Assembly: GCF_009914755.1 (NCBI RefSeq)
Contig: NC_060938.1
From: the human T2T-CHM13v2.0 reference genome, Homo sapiens
DNA length: 64,000 nucleotides
Strand: one strand, 5' to 3'
The notes below the pieces were generated by a model. That model saw nothing but the letters and a program-made list of their open reading frames with translations, was not told where the DNA came from and did no database searches. Of this stretch, positions 27,989 through 38,439 are shown one piece after another. A program made the position numbers and the translations under genes. The first letter of the stretch is position 1; each line of letters begins with the position of its first letter.

Positions 27989-28578
27989 GTGTCAGAGGTC
28001 CCCCAAACCACCCTCAATCTGCATCACTCTCTAGAAGGACTCATAGGACCCAGAAATGAGAATGTTTATGAGTATGGTTTATTACAGCAAAAGTTACAGA
28101 GTAAAATCAGCAATGGAAAAAGGCGCATGGGGGCAAAGTCTGGAGGAAACCAGGCACAGGTTTCCAAGAGTCCTCTCCCAGTTAAATCACAAAGGATGTT
28201 CCTAATTTCTCCAGCAGTGATGTGTGGCAACACACATGAAGTGTTGTCAACCAGGGAAGCAACCCTGGAGTCCAGGGTTTTTACCGGAGGTCAGTCACAT
28301 AGGCATACGATGCTTACATGACTGACTTAGTTACCGAGGCTCCAGACCCCAGAGGGAAAGCAAGTGTTCATCATAAATTATATTCTTAGCATGAACTATC
28401 TAGACCAACTGGTACAGTCTGACTCAAGGCCCTAGGCTTGCAAAAACACTCTTACCACTCAGAAATTCCATGAGCTCAATACACAGGAGCTGGTGAAGGG
28501 CCAGTCGTGCAAATAGGCCTTTCTTGGGAGTGCACAGTTTGAACAACTCAGATCTTTTGAGTTAACCCTTTCTTACAC
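27989..28578 (-). mobile_element. MER77/MER21C-group ERVL LTR
   Basis: ggtcccccaaaccaccctca..gaaggactcatagga..ggaggaaaccaggcaca..gagttaacccttt..caca. Confidence 0.7.
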
Positions 28579-28709
28579 AATATGTGATAAAAATAGCAAA
28601 AAATCATAGATGAAGGAGAAAATGTCAAAGAATAATGTTCTCATTTTTCATAGGAATAAGGCAGTTTTACTGGGTAAATTTGCAGGAGGGAGTTCAAATA
28701 ATAACACCA

Positions 28710-29020
28710 GACTGGGCATGGTGGCTCAAACCCGTAATCACAACACTTTGGGAGGCCGAGGCGGGTAGATCACCCGAGAGGTCAGGAGTTTGAGACCAGC
28801 CTGACCAACATGGGAAACCCCGTCTCTACTAAAAATACAAAAATTAGCCGGGTGTGGTGGCATGTGCCTGTAGTTCCAGCTACTCAGGAGGCTGAGGCTC
28901 AAGAATTGCTTGAACCTGGGAGACGAAGGTTGCAGTGAGCCAAGATTGCGCCACTGTACTCCCACCTGGGTGACAGAGCGACAGAGCAAGACTCTGTTTC
29001 AAAAAACAAAAAACAGAAAC
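28710..29020 (+). mobile_element. AluS with 14-bp TSD
   Basis: Full Alu; TSD AAATAATAACACCA at 28696-28709 and 29021-29034. Confidence 0.96.
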
Positions 29021-29215
29021 AAATAATAACACCAGTTGTCTTATGTGTTTAATAATATCTTTTGTAAATTTTAGTGAGTTATCTTGGAAGGTAGTACCTC
29101 ATAAAAAGTAGTTGAAATTCGGAGTTTTTTCTTTTGCTAACTTTGTGTAATATTAAAGTTTAGTTTAATTAAAGTAGTACATATAGATTTTCTTCTAAAG
29201 AGTTTGTCTATTCTA

Positions 29216-29217
<2 letters not shown>

Positions 29218-29251
<34 letters not shown>

Positions 29252-29262
29252 ATATATATATG
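29218..29262. repeat. (TG)n(TA)n microsatellite
   Basis: Visible run. Confidence 0.95.
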
Positions 29263-29403
29263 CTTAGAAAAGTACCTAGAAATATGCCTCTCTACTGTTA
29301 ATGATGGCATGATTTGAAAAGCTTAATTTTTTTCTTTATGTATGTCTACATCTCTTATATTTTAAAATGATGAACATGTACTATTTAACAAAATTAAATC
29401 TCT

Positions 29404-29720
29404 GGCTAGATGCAGTGGCTCACATCTGTAATCCCAGCACTTTGGGAGGCCAAGGCAGGAGAATCACTTGAGTCCAGGTGTTAGAGACCAGCCTTGGCAA
29501 CATGGCAAAACCCTGTCTTTACAAAAACAAACAAACAAACAAACAAACAAAAAAAAAAAGTAGCCAGGTGTGGTGGTGCTCCTGTAGTCCTAGCTACTTG
29601 GGAGGCTGAGGTGAGAGAATTATTTGAGCCCAGGAATTCAAGGTTAAGTGAGCTATGATTGTGCCACTGCACTCCAGCCTGTGTAACAGAGCAAGACTCT
29701 GTCTCAAAAAAAGAAAAAAG
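29404..29720 (+). mobile_element. AluJ with (CAAA)n-expanded middle linker
   Basis: Alu left and right arms; linker acaaaaacaaacaaacaaac... Confidence 0.93.
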
Positions 29721-30319
29721 TTCTTAATTTGATATTTGATTTTTCTTTGAAAAGGGAGGAGGATAATGAAAGACCGAGGAAATCATAACTCTCTGAGACA
29801 AGTTTAACACAGACTGGGAAGGGTGGCTTTTATTTTTAAGGGAATTTAAGCATCGTACAGATAAAAGAAACATACATAAAAAAGTAAATACTATGATTTT
29901 CTTTCTCCCTGGATTGCTCCTTTAACACAATAATTTTACAGAAACCTTTTTCCATTCTAAGTATTATTATATTGCTCAATTTTCCAGTGCCAATCCCTTC
30001 CTTTATTTGGAGGAGCCTCTGAATGCCAGTGGGGAGATAGTTTTCCTCTTACTGGTCAGAGGATGGAAATTTAGAGAGAAGTCATTGATTATTGAGATTG
30101 AAAAGCAATCAGACAATAAGTAAACAATCAGACAGTAAAAGCAAAAATTGGTACTAAAATGTGTTTTAAAATGACACAATGATTAAATAAAATTAATTAC
30201 TTATATCCTCTAGAAATAGAAATGGGCTTACTATGACAAATACAGATATATACCATTTGGGACTAAGAAAAATTTTATGAAGAAAGGTATGTGAAATATT
30301 TTTAATAGCCAAAAATAGA

Positions 30320-32287
30320 GGAACTCTGGAATGGGTGGGAAAGGAGTGAGCTTAGCAGACCTTCTCTGTGAAACAATCGTTTAGCTGGTGAAAATTATTA
30401 AAACATACACACACAAAAGAAGCTAAGACACACACATTTAAAAAATTGTCATAAGGACACACAGCAAATGGAAAAACATTTATTCAAGACATCTATTAAA
30501 TACCAGTTAGAAAAATGAGAGGTGTGACATTTAAACTGTAACCAGCTGCCATCCGCTAGCTCACCCCTGCTCCTTGTTTTGGAAGCCAAAAGGACAAGAG
30601 CTTTCTTACCTGCCAGTTATCAGTCTAGGGCTACAGTTCAACCCCAGAAGAGGCAGGCTACTGGTGCCTCTCATTTTCCCCAGATTCATGTTGCAGAAGC
30701 GGTATTATGGGTAGGCATAGCCAAGAACATTGGGCTCACTTCTTTTATCCAGCCCCCGTTTATAGGGTATAAGCTCTATACCAATTGTGGCAGACCAATA
30801 ATAATGTGTGTCCAATTGTCTCTTCCTCAGCTTGCTTATAAGGCAGAGGTTCCATGCTGGGAAGGGCAAGCTGAAAAGGCCAGAGTCCACCATCTTTCCC
30901 AAATTCCCACTTATACAATGGTAGTGTCACTCGGGTGGAAGTGGGCCACTATTTGTGCAACCAACTGGGCTGTAATGGCACAGAAATTCTGCCCAGGGAT
31001 AGATGCAGAGTGTCACAATAAGAGTTTCCACTCTGCCTGGAGTCACTGACTATCTGGAACAGAAGTTAGAGATGTTCATGGCTAAGGGTTTTCTTAAACA
31101 ATGGAGATCTTGATGGCAAGCAGCTTATAGGGAGCAGGCAGCTCTATGATACCAGCAGCAATGAGCAAACTGGTAAAGCAGCCAGAAGTCGAGTAGAGAG
31201 AATCAGGGAATGAGAAAGCCCTGAAGAGCCCTCTGGGGATCACACTTATCCCTGAGGGTATGGAAAGTTGTACATATTTGCAAGGCTACACAACTCAGAG
31301 GTAATTAGAGTAAGACACAGGGCAGATTTGAAAGCATTCTCAAGCCATACACAGATGCCTCATCCAGGAGGAAGAGTCTTATTGGTTCAGAAGGCTTAAA
31401 CGTGATCTCTCAACCAACACTGGCTGAACAATAAGGTACTCTTACTCAGGTGCTATTCCTAGGAAAACAAACTTAAAAACAAAATCGTTCATTCTTGGTG
31501 GTCTGGAAGACTGTATTTATTCTGAAGGCTGAAACTTCTCAAGGGTGACAGGAGGATAATTTCTAAGCTAACAGTCCTTTGCTGAACATGAGGCAAGATC
31601 ATAAACTTCCTCAAAGCAGTCTCCAAGTCACACATATACAACAGACAAAGGGCAAAAATCTAACTGACCAAGGGGGCTTAAGTACAGTATTTGATCAATA
31701 AGTTACTTATATTGATACACTCACAGGAAGGCAAGCCAAAAGATAAAAACAGGGGAACCTTTCTGAGGGGGGAGACGAGAGCCGTCTGCCGAAAATATAC
31801 AAGTCTCAGAATTATCTCTATCAAATCACTAAATAAATGAACATATGAACAAACAATTAGAAATAAACCTAGAGGAACAGGGTTAGTGTCCAGACTTGTT
31901 ACAATGTATTATCTAAAGTCCAGCTTTCAATAAAAAATTAGGAGAATGCAAATAAACAGGAAATGTGACCCATACACAGAAATAAATGCAGGCAATAGAA
32001 ACTGGCTTTGAGTGGGCTCATATGTTGGACTTAATAGACAAAGAATACAAGTAACTATTATAAATATGTTCAAATAACTAAAGGAAATTATGCTTAAAAA
32101 TTAAAGGAGAATGAGAACAATGATTCATCAAGTAGATAATAAAATAATGAAATTTTAATACATATTGTATATGTCTATTCATCTATCTTCCAATAGAAAT
32201 TTTAGAGTTGAAAAGTCCAAAAACCTAAATGAAAAATTCACTAGACGAGCTCAATGGTAGATTAGAGTTGGCAGAAGAAAAAATAAT
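30320..32287 (+). mobile_element. Old L1 5' region/ORF1 start, continuing at 34604-34660 after the THE1 insertion
   Basis: aaacaggaaatgtgacccatac..attataaatatgttcaaa..gaaaaattcactag..gcagaagaaa | caaacttgaaaatagaacaatagagattatgcaatctgaa reads continuously across the THE1. Confidence 0.7.
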
Positions 32288-34598
32288 TGTATTAGTCTGT
32301 TCTCATACTACTGATAAAGACATACCCGAGACTGGGTGATTGGTATGAAAAAAGAGGTTTAATGGACTCACAATTCCATGTGACTGGGATGCCTCACAAT
32401 CATATTGGAAGGTAAAAGGCACCTCTTACATGGTGGCAGACAAGAGAGAAAATGAGAGCCAGGCAAAAGGGGTTTCCTCCTATAAAACCATCAGATTTTG
32501 TGAGACTTATTCACTATGATGAGTAGAGTATGGGGGAAACTGCCCCCAGGATTCAATTATCTCCCACCAGGTCCCTCCCACAGATGCGGGAATTATGAGA
32601 GCTACAACTCAAGATGAGATTTGGGTAGAAACACAGCTAACCCATATCATTCCATCCCTGACCCCTCCCAAATCTTATGTCCTCACATTTCAAAACCAGT
32701 CATGCTTTCCCAACAGTCCCCCAAAGTCTTAACTCATTTCAGCATTAACTCAAAAGTCCACAGTCCAAAGTCTCATCTGAGACAAGGCAAGTCTCTTCTG
32801 CCTATGAGCCTGTAAAATCAAAAGCAAGTTAGTTACTTCCTAAATATATTCAGGGTACAGGCATTGCATAAATATAGCCATTCCAAAGGGGAGAAATTGG
32901 CCAAAACAAAGGGGCTACAGGCTCCATTCAAGTCCCAAATCCAGTAAGTCGGTCATTAAACCTTAAAGTTCCAAAATGATCTCCTTTGACTCCATATCTC
33001 ACATCTGGGTAATGCTGATGCAAGAGGTGGGTTCCCATGGCTTTGGGCAGCTCCACCCCTGTGGGTTTGCAGAGTACAATTCCTCTCCTGGCAGCTTTCA
33101 TGGGCTGGTTTTGAGTTTGTATGGCTTTTCTAGGTGCGCAGTGCAAGCTGTCAGTGGATTTACCATTCTGGGGTTTGGAGGACAGTGGCCTTCTTCTCAC
33201 GGCTCCACTAGGCAGTGCCCCAGTGGGGACTCTGTGTGGGGGCTCACACCCCACATTTCCCTTCGGCACTGCCCTAGCAGAGGCTCTCCATGAGGGCTCT
33301 GCCCCTGGAGCCCATCTCTGCCTAGACATCCAGGCATTTCCATACATCCTCTGAAATCTAGGTGGAGGCTCCCAAACCTCAGTTCTTGACTTCCGTGTAC
33401 CCACATGCTCAATATCACATGGAAGCTGCCAAGGCTTGGGGCTTGAACCATCTGAAGCCACGGCCTGAGCTCTACCTTGGCCCCTTTTAGCCATAGCGTG
33501 AGTGGTTGGGACACAGGGCACCAAGTCCCTAGGCTGCACACAGCGAGGGGTTTGGGGGTGTGGCTCAGCCACAAACAAAACCATTGTTTCCTCCTAGCCT
33601 CTGGGGTGCCTGCAGTTGGAGAGGCTGCCATAAAGGTCTCTGACATACCCTGGAAATATTTGCCTCATTGTCTTGGCCATTAACATTTGGCCCCTTATTA
33701 CTTATGTAAATTTATGCAGCTGGCTTGAATTTCTCCTCAGAAAGTGGGTTTTTCTTTTCTATCACATTGTCAGGCTGCAACTTTTTTGGACCTTTGTGTT
33801 CTATTTTCCTTTTAAAACTGAATGCTTTTAATGACACCCAAGTTACCTCTTGAATCCTTTGCTGCTTAGAAATTTCTTCCACCAGTTACCCTAAATCATC
33901 TCCCTCAAGTTCAAAGTTCAACAAATCTCTAGGGCATGGAACAAAATGCTGCCAGTCTGTTTGCTAAAACATAGCTAGAGTCATCTTTACTCCAGTTCCC
34001 AAAAAGTTCTTCATTCCATCTGAGACCATCTCAGCCCGAATTTCATTGTCAGCATTTTGGTGAAAGCCATTCAACAGGTCTCTAGGAAGTTCCAAACTTT
34101 CCCATGTTTTTCTGTCTTTTCCTGAGCCCTCCAAACTGTTCCAACTTCTGCCTGTTACCCAGTTCCAAAGTTGCTTCCACATTTTCAGGTATCTTTACAG
34201 CAGTGCCTCACTCCCAGTACTAATTTACTGTATTAGTCCATTTTCATGCTGCTGATAAAGATGTACCAGAGACTGGATAATTTATAAAGAAAAATATGTT
34301 TCATGGATTCACAGTTCCATGTGGCTGGGGACACCTCACAATCACAATCATGGCGGAAGTCAAAAGGCCTGTCTTATATCATGGTAGACAAGAGAGAAAA
34401 TGAGAGCTAAGCGAAAGGGGTTTTTCGTTATAAAACCATCAGATCTTATGAGACTTATTCACTATCATGAGAGCAGTATGGGGGAAACTGCCCCCATGAT
34501 TCAATTATTTCCCACAGGGTCCCTCCCCCAATATGTGGGAATTATTGGAACTACAATTCAAGATGAGGTTGGGGCGGGGACACAGCCAAATCATATCA
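32288..34598 (-). mobile_element. Complete THE1 (ERVL-MaLR) element: LTR 32288-32649, internal 32650-34228, LTR 34229-34598
   Basis: Two ~365-bp direct repeats with TG..CA ends (tgtattagtc..catatca), a ~1.58-kb THE1-int, and a perfect 5-bp TSD ATAAT (32283-32287, 34599-34603). Confidence 0.95.
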
Positions 34599-35516
34599 AT
34601 AATCAAACTTGAAAATAGAACAATAGAGATTATGCAATCTGAATAGAAGAAATAAAAATTTTGTATATTTATAATATATAACTTTAATGAATGGCGTGTT
34701 TGTATATGCATGCACATACAAACACAAGAACTTCCATCATGAAGCATTATGGATGTGCTTTGGTGCTTGGAAGCATGGGTGTGCTCCAGGCATAGCTCTA
34801 TGACAATTTGGCAGGACTGTTAAGTATACAGCTGGGAGAATCAGACCGCCTGCATGCAACTCCCAGTTCTGCCATTTATTAGCCATGTTACTTGATATCT
34901 AGAAAATGAGATAATAAAGTCTTCATGGTGTTCTTGAAGATTAAATGACTTCTTAATGCATATAAAGTCCTAGAAAGCACCAGGCGAATAGTAAATGCTC
35001 AATTTTAGGTATCATTATTGATCTTCTTTAGATTCTGCCCTTCCAGGAGATAAAAGATTTGTTTTGTTTTGCTTCACATCTGGATCATGTGTTAAATTTA
35101 GATTGTTTCCAATCTAAGAAGAGATCTTCATAATATGTCTTATTGTAACGGTGTTTGCAACTGTCACACTTTTATCTGTAATCGCTTTATAGTTTGCAAA
35201 TTGTAATGTGCAGCTGTTAGCATGTCATGAGTTTTACCTGGGAGATGGCTGATTTTCAGGACTATCATAAGTGCATTTATATTACTTTTCATCTTTTGTG
35301 TGGTATCTGAACAGAGTAGGGATATGATAACAACACAGACTATTTTGGGACCCTTCAATGTGGTCTGCCTGACTCTTGTTTCTCCCTGTTTCACTTCTTT
35401 CTAGATATGAGGGTACGGGTGTTTTTCTCTTTTGTTCACTGTTACGTCTATCACCTAGAATAGTGCCTGGCAATCAGTAAGCACAGAAGAATATATCATG
35501 GTATCTCATAATCTAA

Positions 35517-36284
<768 letters not shown>

Positions 36285-36906
36285 GATGTTTCTGTTAAAT
36301 TGAATAGTTTGTTATAATCTGAGCATCCTCCTTCTTTCTTTCCTTTATGTCTATAGAGATACTACCTGATCTACCTGTTCAATATGATGCCATTGCTTCT
36401 TTCATTACAAACCCTACCCATCTACCAAGACCAACACAGACTCTATCCCATCTGCCTTAATTGCCTTCATCCTTCAGCTTCCCTCCTCTGAATGTTACTT
36501 GCTTTGTATTTATTTCCTGTGTCATTTAACCACTTGTATGTTCCAGTACAGTTACTTGTGCATTCTGTGTCTCCTTTTAGAACAGGGACCTTGTCTGTTT
36601 CACCTTTGTATTCTCCATAGTGCATGTAGGTAGCAAATATTTGACAACAGCCAATATTTAATAAAGACCTACTCAGTGACAGATACTGAACCCAATGACT
36701 GGTTTGATTCCTAGGAATGTGAGTGATATTCTCTTCCTGTGTTTTCTAAAATTATTTGCCTAGTGAATATTTAAACAAATTCACATGTTGAACATCATAG
36801 TATTTCAAAACAGCCCCTGGACTTGGTATCAGATATATTGAGTCAAATCCAGAGATGCTGTGTGACTTTGGGATGATAACATACCCCTTTAAGAGTCTTG
36901 GTTTTC

Positions 36907-37161
36907 CCAAACACCACATGTTCTCACTCATAGGTGGGAACTGAACAATGAGAACACATGGACACAGGAAGGGGAACATCACACACTGGGGCCTGTTGTG
37001 GGGTGGCGGGAGGTGGGAGGGATAGCATTAGGAGATATACCTAATGTTAAATGACGAGTCAATGGGTGCAGCACACCAACATGGCACATGTATACATATG
37101 TAACTAACCTGCACGTTGTGCACATGTACCCTGAAACTTAAAGTATAATAATAATAAAAAA
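36907..37161 (+). mobile_element. 5'-truncated L1PA (primate L1) 3' end inserted in a MIR
   Basis: catgttctcactcataggtgggaa..gggatagcattaggagatatacctaatgttaaatgacgag..aacttaaagtataataa; TSD AGTCTTGGTTTTC at 36894-36906 and 37162-37174. Confidence 0.95.
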
Positions 37162-37215
37162 AGTCTTGGTTTTCTTGTCTGCAAGTAGGAATAATAGAAT
37201 CACACTATAGTGTTA

Positions 37216-37580
<365 letters not shown>

Positions 37581-37924
37581 AAGTCAGTTTTCCTCTTTCC
37601 CTATTTGAATAAAAGCAAAATGAGTTTTTCAAGGGTGTCATTAGCTTTATGTTATTGTTCTAACTCTGCCTCTATCAGATATTCTTTGAATGGGCCAAAC
37701 TCTCACAATGGCTGGACACTGGGGATGTTATGATGCCAGACCATGCTGCTACTTTTTCCTTCCTTTAAAAGCTCTCTGGTAAATATCGATTTGTCTGCTC
37801 TGGTGGTTATAAACTGCTGCTCTCCTCCTATTCTTCATGAAATACAGGGATTCTAAGTTTTGTTTTATGTACTTGTGTTTTATCTATCGCATACAGAATT
37901 GCAAACAATACTATTTGTGAGGGG

Positions 37925-38150
37925 CGTTTTGACTTTTTCAAAATATCTTCATATCCATTATTTAATTTGGTACCCTTCACAAGTCTATGAGCCTGGTAGG
38001 GCAGGTACCTGTGTCATCATAATCCCCTTACAAATGAGGAAATAGAGCCTCAGAGGTTAAGTGGTCTGCCCAGCGTCACACAGATTAAAAGGTGGTAACA
38101 ACAAGGGTTCATCAAACACAAGTCACTAGGCTACAAATCTGGCACCCTCT
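37925..38150 (-). mobile_element. MIR
   Basis: ttacaaatgaggaaatagagcctcagaggttaagtggtctgcccagcgtcacacag. Confidence 0.8.
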
Positions 38151-38235
38151 CTACTCGCTTAGCCTGAAAGCAAAGGGGTATTTGGCAACTGTGACATCCG
38201 TCATCCTAACGATCTTCTCCATTCTTCTTTGGCAG

Positions 38236-38439
38236 AGGCATCCATCCTGAGCTATGATGGTAGCATGTACATGAAGATCATCATGCCCATGGTCATGCAT
38301 ACTGAGGCAGAGGATGTGTCCTTCCGCTTCATGTCCCAGCGAGCTTATGGGCTGCTGGTGGCTACGACCTCCAGGGACTCTGCCGACACCCTGCGTCTGG
38401 AGCTGGATGGGGGGCGTGTCAAGCTCATGGTTAACTTAG
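38236..38439 (+). CDS. NRXN3: Neurexin-3 alpha coding exon (N-terminal part of LNS4/laminin-G domain), 204 nt, phase 1-1
   Basis: Translates to (E)[67 protein letters not shown], the NRXN3 version of the sequence after EGF2 (NRXN1 has EATVLSYDGSMFMKIQLPVV). Acceptor ttcttctttggcag| ends at 38235; donor TAG|gtatcg starts at 38440. Confidence 0.97.

Noticed and set aside
30579-31049. 156-aa ORF
   Set aside because: Within an old L1 5' region; no recognisable domain or splice signals.
32928-33584. 218-aa ORF (longest in window) and overlapping ORFs
   Set aside because: Lies wholly in the THE1 internal region; typical MaLR remnant reading, not a host gene.
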